Positions 1 to 9,314 of a stretch of DNA of 44,666 nt are shown here, in pieces. The translations under genes and the position numbers were made by a program. Source of the DNA: an uncultured delta proteobacterium (GTDB lineage: Bacteria > Desulfobacterota > Binatia > UBA9968); the NCBI GenBank assembly GCA_963840855.1, contig CAWJBB010000060.1, forward strand, positions 1 to 44,666. The letters run 5' to 3'. Position 1 is the stretch's first letter; each line of letters starts with the position of its first letter. The notes under the pieces are model-generated. The model was not told where the DNA came from. It searched no databases and saw nothing but the letters and a program-made list of their open reading frames with translations.

Positions 1-578
1 ACGTCGACCTTTACCGATTCGCCTCCCGCCATGCGCTCTTCCAGGTATCAAATTTCGCCTATTTCGTGGTTGATGTTGTACGCCGGACGGTACGGCGCTA
101 CGCCTCCCACACATCAGAGCTCTCGATCCCCGCTGAAGACGATTGGGTCAAGGCTTCGTATGCACAGATGTTTGCCTTCCACGATGAAATGACGCCAGAG
201 GAAAGCAAAATCTGGTCGCTGCGGCAATATGAAAAATACATTCGTCTGATCCATGCCGGCGCCGAAGCTCTGCGCATTAAGAGCCTTTTCCTCATTCAAC
301 CGATCCCAGGTTGGGGAAAGCCTCCCACGGAGCGGGAAAGGATAGCCGCTCAGGGCACTGACCGGAAACTGTACAAAGAGATGACCGACCATGTGGTGGG
401 TCTGCGCGAGCGGTTTGGGATCCCGGTCTACAGCTTGCTCGACGTGTTTCAAGACACGAAGGAAGAGATCTACAAAGACCACGCTCATGTCAATGAACTA
501 GGTGATGAGATCATGGCCAGGCGAGTCGCAGATTTGATTGCGGAGGTTTGGGGCTGGCCACGCAAGCAGGTGCAATAA
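1..578 (+). CDS. SGNH/GDSL-hydrolase-like protein, 5'-truncated by the window edge; paralog of 798..2069
   Basis: Open frame from nt 3 to TAA at 578, colinear without indels with 1492..2069. Contains LIQP and the block V motif YKDHAHVNELG (DxxH). Confidence 0.8.
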   Translation, partial: VDLYRFASRHALFQVSNFAYFVVDVVRRTVRRYASHTSELSIPAEDDWVKASYAQMFAFHDEMTPEESKIWSLRQYEKYIRLIHAGAEALRIKSLFLIQPIPGWGKPPTERERIAAQGTDRKLYKEMTDHVVGLRERFGIPVYSLLDVFQDTKEEIYKDHAHVNELGDEIMARRVADLIAEVWGWPRKQVQ

Positions 579-797
579 CTTGCCACAGAAGGGCCGCACC
601 TCAATGTAAAAATGATAGGGTATGCAGCCCTGCCAACGCGGCAAATAATTCTGGACTTTATTGCTTGTTTGGGCTGTTCTCACTCAACCTAGTCGATTCA
701 TTGATGCGAAACGCTTCCGGACTTTTTTCCTCATCGCAACCGACTAAGCAGACCGGGCCGGCTACGCGTCACCGCCGGTCTTCGTAGGGGTCCGGGT

Positions 798-2069
798 ATG
801 CGCTCGAAACTGCGCAAATTCGGTTTTTATTTGATTCTCGTAGTTTTTGCTTTTGTTGCGACGCTCTTTGTCGGCGAGCTTGCTGTCACGGTTTATCATA
901 TCGTCCGCGACGGGAAGTATATTTTCCCAGGGGAACGGCTTGCAGCCGAGAGGAATGCTTACGTCGAGGTGGCTCGGGCGCAAACACCGAGTAAAAGCTG
1001 CGGCTATGGAGATAGCCTTATCATCCATCCCTATCTGGCTTACGTGCAAACGGCTCTGGGACCCTGTGGTGTCAGTTATGCCAACAGCAAGAGTTTGATC
1101 GGTAAAGAGTTTCCCGACAGGCCACGGCCTAGAACCGGTATTATACTTATCACCGGTGGCTCGGTCGCGGCCCAGTTTGTCTGGGATAACCGAAAAGAAG
1201 AAAGCCCTCTCGAACGTATTCTTAATGCGGAGTTCACCGGTGATCGTTTCGACCGGTTCATCGTTCTTAACGGTGGGCACGGCGCATGGAAACAACCTAA
1301 CCAGTACATTTTTTTCGGACTTTACGCGGACATTCTTGCCGGAGTCATCACGCTTGATGGCGTCAACGAGCACGATTGGATCGCCTCTCGGCGGAGATTC
1401 GAAGAGCCTGCCAGCAATTATTTCCAAGCCGTTGAGCGCCAAGATCCCCGTGTGACCACAGCTCCGTTCACCATGGCCGCGCTCAAGCTGGACGCCGACC
1501 TTTACCGATTGGCCTCCCGTCATGCCATCTTCCAGGTATCCAATCTCGCTTACATAGTGGTCGATGCTCTACGCACGGCCCTGCGGCGCTACGCATCGCG
1601 CACACCAAAGATCTCAATCACCGCTGAAGACGACTGGGTCAAGGCATCGTATGCACAGATGTTCGCCTTCCACGATAAAATGACGCGGGAGGAACGCAAA
1701 ATCTGGTCGCTGCGGCAATACAAAAAATACATTCGCCTGATGCATGGGGGAGCCGAAACCCTGGGTATTAAGAGCCTTTTTCTCATTCAACCGATCCCAG
1801 GTTGGGGAAAGCCTCTCACGGAACGCGAAAGGACATTCGCTCGGGGCGCTCACCGGAAATTGTACAAAGAGATGAACGACCATGTGATGGGTCTGCGCGA
1901 GCAGTTTGGTATCCCGGTCTACAGCCTGCTCGACGTATTTCAAGACACGAAGGAAGAGATCTACAAAGACCACGCTCATGTCAATGAACTAGGTGATGAG
2001 ATCATGGCCAGGCGAGTCGCAGACTTGATTGCGGAGGTTTGGGGCTGGCCGCGCAAGCGGGTGCAATGA
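798..2069 (+). CDS. Membrane-anchored SGNH/GDSL-hydrolase-like protein
   Basis: N-terminal TM helix. Block I-like ITGGSVA, block II VLNGGHGA, block III LDGVNE, block V DHAH. Confidence 0.75.
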   Translation: MRSKLRKFGFYLILVVFAFVATLFVGELAVTVYHIVRDGKYIFPGERLAAERNAYVEVARAQTPSKSCGYGDSLIIHPYLAYVQTALGPCGVSYANSKSLIGKEFPDRPRPRTGIILITGGSVAAQFVWDNRKEESPLERILNAEFTGDRFDRFIVLNGGHGAWKQPNQYIFFGLYADILAGVITLDGVNEHDWIASRRRFEEPASNYFQAVERQDPRVTTAPFTMAALKLDADLYRLASRHAIFQVSNLAYIVVDALRTALRRYASRTPKISITAEDDWVKASYAQMFAFHDKMTREERKIWSLRQYKKYIRLMHGGAETLGIKSLFLIQPIPGWGKPLTERERTFARGAHRKLYKEMNDHVMGLREQFGIPVYSLLDVFQDTKEEIYKDHAHVNELGDEIMARRVADLIAEVWGWPRKRVQ

Positions 2070-2430
2070 CCTGCCACAGAAGGTTGAGGAACGGATCATC
2101 TTGACTCGGAGGTCGATAACTAGGGTTTATTAGCGTGAAAGCCACCGGAAGAAGGTAGCGTAACCTAAACTCTTGTCTTGGACCGTCGAAACCCATAACA
2201 GTCAAATCATTTCCATCATTGACGCACCTGCGAGTTTGCGCACTACCCGGGTAGCGAGCCATTTAGCCTATCCTGCTTGATGCGCCGCTTGGGTATCTGT
2301 GTTTGTTTGATTCTGTACTCTTCTTCCGGTCGAATCCCGTTTGAATTCCTATGCGGAGTTCCTTTAAATGGGATGTAAAGTCGCCGTCCCGGCAGGGTTC
2401 GGCAAAGCTTGCAAAAGGCAAAGGCTCTAG

Positions 2431-3432
2431 ATGCCGACGGAATCTCCCGGTAGAGTTACCATTATCGTAGTTAATTGGAACGGCAGAAGATTTCTTGAAG
2501 ACTGCTTGGGTTCTCTTTGTTGTCAAACCTATCCTTACCGGGAAACCATTTTGGTTGACAACGGTTCCACGGACTCATCCGTTGGCTTCGCAAGAGAGAA
2601 ACTTCCTGGCGTAAAAATTATCGAGCTTGGAGAGAATCGAGGTTTTACCGGGGGTAACTTGGCGGGGCTTGACGCCGCGCGGGGTGAGTTCATCATGCTT
2701 TTAAACAACGATACTCGCGCGGATGAAATGTGGCTTGAGACCATATTGCAGCCCATGCTCCAAGACCCGACCGTTGGCATTTGCGCGTCGAAATTAGTCT
2801 TTGCCGATGACAAAAAAATCAATAGCGCCGGTGACGGGATAACGACCGCCGCCGTGGGCTTCAATCTCGGGCTCGGCAAAGACGGCGCTCTGTTTAATAA
2901 ATCGGGACCTGTTTTCGGCGCATGTGCAGCCGCGGTTCTCTACCGCCGCAAAATGCTCGACGAAATCGGCTTTCTCGACGACGATTTTTTTCTCTACGAC
3001 GAAGACACGGATCTGAACTTTCGCGCCCAGCTGGCGGGGTGGAAATGCGTGTACGTGCCGGGCGCCGTCGTGCATCATGTTTCTAACGCCACCGCGGGCA
3101 GGCTAAGCGACACCCATGTTTATTACCACACGCGGAATTTGGAGTTTGTCTGGCTAAAGAACATGCCTCTCGGTCTTATGGTAAGGTTTGCCCACCACAA
3201 AATCATGCAAGAAGTCGGCGCGTTCTGCTATCTGTGTCTCCGGCACGGCAAGTGGCGACCCTACTTTCGGGCGAAGCGGGACGCTCTAAGGTTGGTTCCC
3301 GTGATGTGGAAAAAGCGCAAAGAGATTCAACGGCGCAAGCGAGTGTCAAATTTCTATCTGAAAAGTATAATGACCTCGCTTTTTAGCAGAGAGTTGATTG
3401 GCCGGAAAATACGCCAATTCATTCGAGGATAA
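2431..3432 (+). CDS. Glycosyltransferase family 2 (WbbL-like)
   Basis: Motifs IIVVNWNG, LVDNGSTD, N.GF..G.N, LLNNDT, FLYDEDTDL. Confidence 0.92.
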   Translation: MPTESPGRVTIIVVNWNGRRFLEDCLGSLCCQTYPYRETILVDNGSTDSSVGFAREKLPGVKIIELGENRGFTGGNLAGLDAARGEFIMLLNNDTRADEMWLETILQPMLQDPTVGICASKLVFADDKKINSAGDGITTAAVGFNLGLGKDGALFNKSGPVFGACAAAVLYRRKMLDEIGFLDDDFFLYDEDTDLNFRAQLAGWKCVYVPGAVVHHVSNATAGRLSDTHVYYHTRNLEFVWLKNMPLGLMVRFAHHKIMQEVGAFCYLCLRHGKWRPYFRAKRDALRLVPVMWKKRKEIQRRKRVSNFYLKSIMTSLFSRELIGRKIRQFIRG

Positions 3433-3435
3433 GTC

Positions 3436-3850
3436 ATGTCGATAAATCGGCTCGCCGTGGCGGCGATAGCTTTTGTAGTCGTGGGGCTTTCGGGTTGTGG
3501 CGACCGGGGGTGCGAAGCGCCTGCCTCCGACCGGTTTTAAAGTTGCCTTCGAGTCGCATAAGATTGGGGCGCAGATGAAAAGCGGCGAAAGGGTTGCCGC
3601 GGATGTTACGGTGAAAAATGTCAGTCCTGTCAGCTGGCCCAGCAAGCCTAATTCAAAGAACCTCCATGCCGTGAATCTGGCCTACCATTGGCTAGATAAA
3701 AACTTAAGAAATAAGGGTTACGATACCTATATCGTTACCAGCATGACTAAAGGACATGAACGGCACCGGGTATGCGTCGGTCACTTGACCAGCAGGGAGG
3801 AGGCAGTAAAACTCCGGGAAACTTTGAGATCAAAAGAAAATTTAGTATAG
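3436..3850 (+). pseudogene. Frameshifted lipoprotein gene: truncated Ig-like domain fused to a partial SPOR domain
   Basis: ATG 3436 gives MSINRLAVAAIAFVVVGLSG-C (lipobox). Removing one G from G5 at 3506-3510 joins it to ORF 3497..3850: VTVKNVSPVSWP...VNLAYHWLDK, then the SPOR-like LRNKGYDTYI...HRVCVGHLTSREEA. Confidence 0.6.
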
Positions 3851-3851
3851 G

Positions 3852-4934
3852 CTATTGTCGCGAACCCGCAGTAGATGGTTGAGGTCTTGGAAAAACTTCA
3901 AGCGTATCAAAAGCAACGCTCAGGGCGCGCTCATCGGAACTGCGCTCGCGCGATTTTGGTGATTCAGCATAGGCGTAGAAAAACTGCAGATCGTTCTTTC
4001 CCGCTCTGATCGCGTTACTTGGCACGTTGAATTCGTATGAATGCCAGCCTCGTTCGAGAAATATCTTGGAAACTAGAATGTTATTGAGCCTGACTTCGAT
4101 GCGTTGGCAGGCGGTTCTATTGGGAGAGTAGGGGAATACACGCAATCGAACGCGGTAATCTTGAACGGCGGGGAGCTCCATCGTCAATGCCGACGCAAGG
4201 CCGGATGCCCAAACGACGGATTGTTTGCGATCAAGCCACCGCTCATTTCCCGACCAGCCGTACTGTAAGAAGTTTCGCGCTTGCGCAGTGCCGAAGTCGA
4301 AGATGCTAATTGCCGGGGTAGCCTGCGCCGTGGACGGCACAACCCTATGAGTACGAATGTTCGTTTCGATAGAATAAAAAAATATCAACCCGGCGACGCC
4401 GAAAGCTGCAACGCCCGCCCACCCGGAGAATCTCAGTGGACCGCGGCGCACCCAGTTTGAGCGGACGATCAGCTTCCTCGCTACAAGGACGCCGGTAAGA
4501 AGCCCGGTAGCCGCGCCGCCGGCAACATCCCAGGTAAAATGGGCGCGAAAATACAGGCGTGAGACGGCGGTCAAAACGGCCAGCAAGTAAAAGGCGGGGC
4601 CCAGCGGCGGAAACGCGGCAGCAAGAACAGAGCCCAGGGCAAAGCCGGCGCTGGCGTGGCCGGAAGGAAATCCACCGCTCGTGCGCAGTCTCGGTATCTG
4701 CAGCCGAATGAAATGTTTCATAAGTTCCACGGCGACGCCCGAGATCATCAGGGCAGCTAGCACGGCAATGCCGGCGCGCTTGGTTCGCTGGTTGTCATAA
4801 GTGTAACCATGAGCTAAAAGTAGCAGACCGACAGCACTTCCCAATGCCCCATGACCGAAATAACCAACTGCCGCCATGAAAAATTCGAAATACTGCGCCC
4901 GCAATACCGGGCATCCGAAATCCATGAAATCCAT
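3852..4934 (-). CDS. PAP2-family membrane phosphatase with a C-terminal extracytoplasmic beta-sandwich domain
   Basis: FPSGH and SRLYFRAHFTWD (C2/C3 motifs); C1 motif is degenerate. Several TM helices. Start moved to ATG 4934 (or 4925) to avoid overlap with the divergent GT4. Confidence 0.8.
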   Translation of the reverse strand: MDFMDFGCPVLRAQYFEFFMAAVGYFGHGALGSAVGLLLLAHGYTYDNQRTKRAGIAVLAALMISGVAVELMKHFIRLQIPRLRTSGGFPSGHASAGFALGSVLAAAFPPLGPAFYLLAVLTAVSRLYFRAHFTWDVAGGAATGLLTGVLVARKLIVRSNWVRRGPLRFSGWAGVAAFGVAGLIFFYSIETNIRTHRVVPSTAQATPAISIFDFGTAQARNFLQYGWSGNERWLDRKQSVVWASGLASALTMELPAVQDYRVRLRVFPYSPNRTACQRIEVRLNNILVSKIFLERGWHSYEFNVPSNAIRAGKNDLQFFYAYAESPKSRERSSDERALSVAFDTLEVFPRPQPSTAGSRQ

Positions 4935-5032
4935 AACGATAACTGCTGCCTCGATATCATAGTGTTTGACTGGCGGCAAAGAAGATGCTCGACCGTTTAC
5001 TCGCAGCCTAGAGAAAGCTGGCGAAACTTTTG

Positions 5033-6169
5033 ATGCGTGTGGCGCTTGTCCACGATTGGCTTGTGGCAATGAGAGGAGGGGAGAAATGCCTCGAAGTTTT
5101 CTGCGAGCTTTTTCCTGACGCCGAACTCTACACACTGGTTTATGCCGCAGAAAAGGTTTCACCGACGATTCGACGCATGAAAGTGCGTACTTCATGGGTT
5201 GACGGATTACCGATGGCTAAAAGCCACTTCCGTTATTTGCTGCCCTTTTTCCCAGTGGCGATCGAAGCTTTCGAACTGCGCGACTACGATCTTATCCTTT
5301 CGAGCAGTCACTGCGTCGCAAAAGGAATTTTCCCGCACCGGGCTCTGCATTTTGCATACATACATGCGCCCATGCGCTACGTCTGGGATATGCACGATGC
5401 CTATTTTCCCACCGGCGGGTCGCTAACACGGGCGGCCATGTCGGTGTGTCGTGCATACCTGCAACGTTGGGATGTGAATTCGGCCGGGCGAGTCGACTAT
5501 TTCATCGCTAATTCGCGAAACGTTGCGGCAAAAGTCAGCCAGCTCTACACAAAGCCGGCGACAGTGATCTACCCGCCTGTGGACGGCGAGAAATTTTCTA
5601 TTCGGCACAAACAAGAGCCCTATTATCTTGTGGTTTCGGCGCTTGTTCCGTACAAAAGAATCGACCTTGCGGTCGAAGCATTCAACAAACTCAAACTGCC
5701 GCTGAAAATTGCCGGGGATGGTCCGCTTAGAATGACTTTAGAGAGAGCGGCGGGGCGGAATATCGAATTTCTCGGATGGGTAGACGACGCCAGCTTGGCC
5801 GAACTCTATGGCGCGTGCCAGGCCTTGATCTTTCCAGGCGAAGAAGATTTCGGTATCGTGCCACTGGAGGCTCAAGCCAGCGGTAGGCCGGTTATCGGCT
5901 ACGGCAAGGGCGGGGTGCTCGAAACCGTGATTCCGTTCGATGCTTGCGGCGGCGCGCCGAACCGGCAAACCGGGCCGACCGGTATATTATTTCCGCAACA
6001 AACCGCCGAAAGTCTGATTATGGCCGTCGAGCTTTTTAAGCGGGCGAAAGACGCCTTTGATCCGGCAAAAATCATGCGGCATGCGGCTGGGTTTTCACGC
6101 GAACGGTTCAAGGCACAAGTCAAAGATTTCGTCGAAACCCGGATCGACAAGTGGCGCGGGCGGGCCTAG
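5033..6169 (+). CDS. Glycosyltransferase family 4 (WbaZ-like)
   Basis: MRVALVHDWL..RGGEK, LVPYKRIDL, EEDFGIVPLEAQASG (EX7E). Confidence 0.93.
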   Translation: MRVALVHDWLVAMRGGEKCLEVFCELFPDAELYTLVYAAEKVSPTIRRMKVRTSWVDGLPMAKSHFRYLLPFFPVAIEAFELRDYDLILSSSHCVAKGIFPHRALHFAYIHAPMRYVWDMHDAYFPTGGSLTRAAMSVCRAYLQRWDVNSAGRVDYFIANSRNVAAKVSQLYTKPATVIYPPVDGEKFSIRHKQEPYYLVVSALVPYKRIDLAVEAFNKLKLPLKIAGDGPLRMTLERAAGRNIEFLGWVDDASLAELYGACQALIFPGEEDFGIVPLEAQASGRPVIGYGKGGVLETVIPFDACGGAPNRQTGPTGILFPQQTAESLIMAVELFKRAKDAFDPAKIMRHAAGFSRERFKAQVKDFVETRIDKWRGRA

Positions 6170-6173
6170 AACG

Positions 6174-7562
6174 ATGCTGAAACGGCACAGTGATTTTTTC
6201 AAAAGTCTCATGCTGCTCAACGACCTGCTGCTCGTCAGCCTGGCGTGGTGGGCGGCTTATTTGATCCGTTTTCACACTTTCTTGTTAATGCAGCGGGAGG
6301 ATTATCTTTTCCGTCACTACGTGGTGGCATGGCTTATCATCCTAGGTGTGTGGGCGGTTGTCTTTGTAGGGTTGGATTTATACCGGCCGCGGCGAATCTC
6401 CTCCCACCTGCGGGAAATCGTCGACCTGATTAAAGGATCGAGCCTTGCGCTGTTGGTTTTCCTTGCCATCCTTTTTCTCATTCGAGAAATCGTCTTATCG
6501 CGGGCCGTGGTGGCAATCTTCTGGTTGACGAGCCTGGTCTTGCTGAGCCTCAGTCACGTGAGCGTCCGTGAAGCGCTTAGAGTTCTCCGCAGAAGAGGAT
6601 ACAACCTTCGCCTTGTGCTCATCATCGGCGCTCCCGCTCAGGCAAGAGAGCTCTTAGGCAAACTGGTATGGTACCGTCACCTCGGTCTCGAAGTCTCCGG
6701 GATTTTCTTTACCGACGAATGGAACCTGGGCCCTGAGCCGATGGGCGTGCGAATTCTGAGAACGCGCGCCGAACTTGAGCGGGTCGTTCATGATCGGGCG
6801 GTAGACCAGGTCTTTATCACTTTGCCCTTGGATCAGGCGTCGAAGCTCGCCGAGATCCAACAATGGCTGGGGGACGATCCGATAACCGTTTACTATGTCC
6901 CCGACTTCGGCCAATTCGCGAAGCTTCGGGGCAGCGTGGAAGAGTTTGACGGGTTGCAGATCATCAGCCTTCAGTCCTCGCCTCTCGACGGCTGGAATGC
7001 TTTGCTCAAGAGGACTATAGATGTTTCGCTGGGGGGATTGGCGCTTTGGGTATTTGGCCCACTGATGGCGCTTATCGCCCTCGCCATTAAAATAACGTCC
7101 CCCGGCCCGGTGTTCTATCGACAAGAGCGCATGGGTTTGGATGGCGAACGATTCGAGATGCTCAAATTTCGCACTATGGTGCAGGACGCGGAACGATTCA
7201 CCGGCCCGGTTTGGGCGGCCGATAATGATCCGCGGGTGACGAGGTTGGGCCGCTGGTTACGTTGGACAAGCCTCGATGAGCTGCCGCAGTTGATTAATGT
7301 ATTGCGCGGAGAGATGAGCCTGGTTGGGCCGCGTCCCGAAAGGCCGCCGTTGATCGACGAGTTTCGCAAGTCGATGCCGAAATATATGCTGCGTCATAAA
7401 GTTAAAGCGGGGATGACCGGCTGGGCGCAAGTGAACGGGTGGCGGGGGAACACCGACCTGGAGACCCGCATTGCGCATGATCTGGACTACATCGAGAACT
7501 GGTCGCTTTGGCGCGATCTAAGAATTCTCTCCATTACGCTCTTCCGCGGATTTCTGCACTAG
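6174..7562 (+). CDS. wcaJ: Undecaprenyl-phosphate glycosyl-1-phosphate transferase (WcaJ/WbaP type)
   Basis: Four N-terminal TMs, then KR..D, KFRTM, DPRVT, SLDELPQL, SLVGPRPE, GMTGWAQVNG. ATG at 6174. Confidence 0.88.
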   Translation: MLKRHSDFFKSLMLLNDLLLVSLAWWAAYLIRFHTFLLMQREDYLFRHYVVAWLIILGVWAVVFVGLDLYRPRRISSHLREIVDLIKGSSLALLVFLAILFLIREIVLSRAVVAIFWLTSLVLLSLSHVSVREALRVLRRRGYNLRLVLIIGAPAQARELLGKLVWYRHLGLEVSGIFFTDEWNLGPEPMGVRILRTRAELERVVHDRAVDQVFITLPLDQASKLAEIQQWLGDDPITVYYVPDFGQFAKLRGSVEEFDGLQIISLQSSPLDGWNALLKRTIDVSLGGLALWVFGPLMALIALAIKITSPGPVFYRQERMGLDGERFEMLKFRTMVQDAERFTGPVWAADNDPRVTRLGRWLRWTSLDELPQLINVLRGEMSLVGPRPERPPLIDEFRKSMPKYMLRHKVKAGMTGWAQVNGWRGNTDLETRIAHDLDYIENWSLWRDLRILSITLFRGFLH

Positions 7563-7580
7563 CCTGGCAGGCAACGTTTC

Positions 7581-8816
7581 ATGAATTTCACTGAATGGTG
7601 GGGGAAGGCCGTTTATTTATTCCTTTGCGCCGCTATCATCATGCTCGGCGTTGGCCGCATTGAGATCCCGTTTTTGAATTTGCCTTTCAGATCTTGGAGT
7701 GTCTCCCGCTCGACATTTTTCTTCTGGCTGATTTGGAAGCTCCTGGTCTGGCGCCGCGACAAGAGTGTTCGATTGGAATTGAACCCAAAGTCCGTTTCTA
7801 TTCCTCTTCTCCTGTTCGTGGGTTGGGTCAGCGCTTCTCTTTTACCCAATTTCGCTCATGCCGAGGACTACCGTTACTTCATGTTCGCGGTGGGCCACTA
7901 TTTGATGGTCGTGGATGTCTTCCATGACGATCGCAGGCAGTCCCTGCTTTACTCTCTCCTGGCATTGACTCCCGGACTTCTCCTCGCCCGCGGAATTTTT
8001 GCCGACCCGGCGATTTTGAGTCTGAGCTTGACGACTCGATTTGCCTATCCCTTGGACCACGCGAACTCAGCTGGGTTCCTTTTTTCCATGAGTATTCCTT
8101 TGTGTCTGGTGATAATCCTAAGCCAGACCAATTGGCTGCGGCGACTCGCCGTCCCGTCTTTTATAAGCCAGGGGATTGCTTTGACCCTTACGTTTTCCCG
8201 AGCTGCCTGGATCGCCTCTTGCGCTTCGCTCATAAGCATTAGCGTCGCGGAAAAGAGGCTGCGAGCTATTGTCTCGGTCCTTGGGGTTGTTGGTCTGGTG
8301 GCGTTTGGGGTATCGAGCGAACTGCGCGATCGCCTTTGGTCATTGACCCAGGCAACGAAAGATCCCCACGTGGTTTACCGCGCGGACGTCATGGCGAATG
8401 CGATCTCGGCGGGATTGGATAGTCCATTTTTCGGCAATGGATACGGCCGGGATCATTTGCGCGTGGCGCTGAAGAAGAAGCACCCGGAATTTGCGGCTCA
8501 AGGATTTGTCAGCCACGCACACAACCTATACGCCGAGCTTATCGCCGGCATTGGTCTCCTGGGATGCGCTATATTTTTATGGGCACTGGCGGCGGCTGGC
8601 GTTCAATTGACTCGGAAGATAGCAAAGCGAGCTGTTTCTGATAAAGAAAGATATGCCGATCTGGGACTTCTGGGTGCCCTGATTGCGTTCGTTGTCGCCG
8701 CGCTGGGCGACATTCCCTTTTATCATCATGAACCTCGCATATTCTTTTTTACCCTGATTGGATTGATCTGTCTCCGCTTGCGGCCAAAAAAGGCGGCGCC
8801 GGATTCGCCTTCATGA
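7581..8816 (+). CDS. O-antigen ligase / Wzy_C family membrane protein
   Basis: Polytopic membrane protein. Motifs HAN.AG, TFSRAAW, FFGNGYG, HAHNLYAEL...GLLG. Confidence 0.85.
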   Translation: MNFTEWWGKAVYLFLCAAIIMLGVGRIEIPFLNLPFRSWSVSRSTFFFWLIWKLLVWRRDKSVRLELNPKSVSIPLLLFVGWVSASLLPNFAHAEDYRYFMFAVGHYLMVVDVFHDDRRQSLLYSLLALTPGLLLARGIFADPAILSLSLTTRFAYPLDHANSAGFLFSMSIPLCLVIILSQTNWLRRLAVPSFISQGIALTLTFSRAAWIASCASLISISVAEKRLRAIVSVLGVVGLVAFGVSSELRDRLWSLTQATKDPHVVYRADVMANAISAGLDSPFFGNGYGRDHLRVALKKKHPEFAAQGFVSHAHNLYAELIAGIGLLGCAIFLWALAAAGVQLTRKIAKRAVSDKERYADLGLLGALIAFVVAALGDIPFYHHEPRIFFFTLIGLICLRLRPKKAAPDSPS

Positions 8817-8925
8817 TCGGGTGAAAATCTTTGCGCCGCGGCGGAGCGGCAAACTTCTGCCTCCAATGCGTTCCGTTTCCCCCCTTTGTGGAATCTGGTA
8901 GTATACGTTTTCAGCTGGGGGCGAT

Positions 8926-9294
8926 ATGAATTTGCTTACAAACGGGACGACCATCGATAAACCCTGGGGGCATGAGCTTCTCTGGGCTCACACGGAGCGC
9001 TATGTAGGAAAGGTCCTGCATATCAAAAAAGGGGAGTCGCTGAGTTATCAGTACCATCGTGTGAAAGACGAAACGATCCGACTTCTTGCCGGCTCGATGG
9101 AGATGGACGTGGAAATGGACGGACAGCGCAGCAAACTGAGCCTCACGCCCGGCGACTGTCTGCACATCGTGCCGGGGATGAAGCACCGCATGACTGCCGT
9201 GGAGGATTGCGACGTGCTGGAAGTGTCCACTCCCGAGCTGGATGACGTCGTGCGCCTGGAGGATCGCTATGGCCGGGCGGAGCCGAAGGTCTGA
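8926..9294 (+). CDS. Cupin (mannose-6-phosphate isomerase C-terminal-like)
   Basis: KPWGHE, SYQYH..KDET, PG..HR, EVSTPELDDVVRLEDRYGR. Confidence 0.88.
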   Translation: MNLLTNGTTIDKPWGHELLWAHTERYVGKVLHIKKGESLSYQYHRVKDETIRLLAGSMEMDVEMDGQRSKLSLTPGDCLHIVPGMKHRMTAVEDCDVLEVSTPELDDVVRLEDRYGRAEPKV

Positions 9295-9314
9295 TCAAGG
9301 CGGAAGGCTGAAGC

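Noticed and set aside
4935-5195. Long N-terminal extension of the PAP2 ORF
   Set aside because: Overlaps the divergent GT4 gene and has no family-like features. Start reassigned to 4934/4925.
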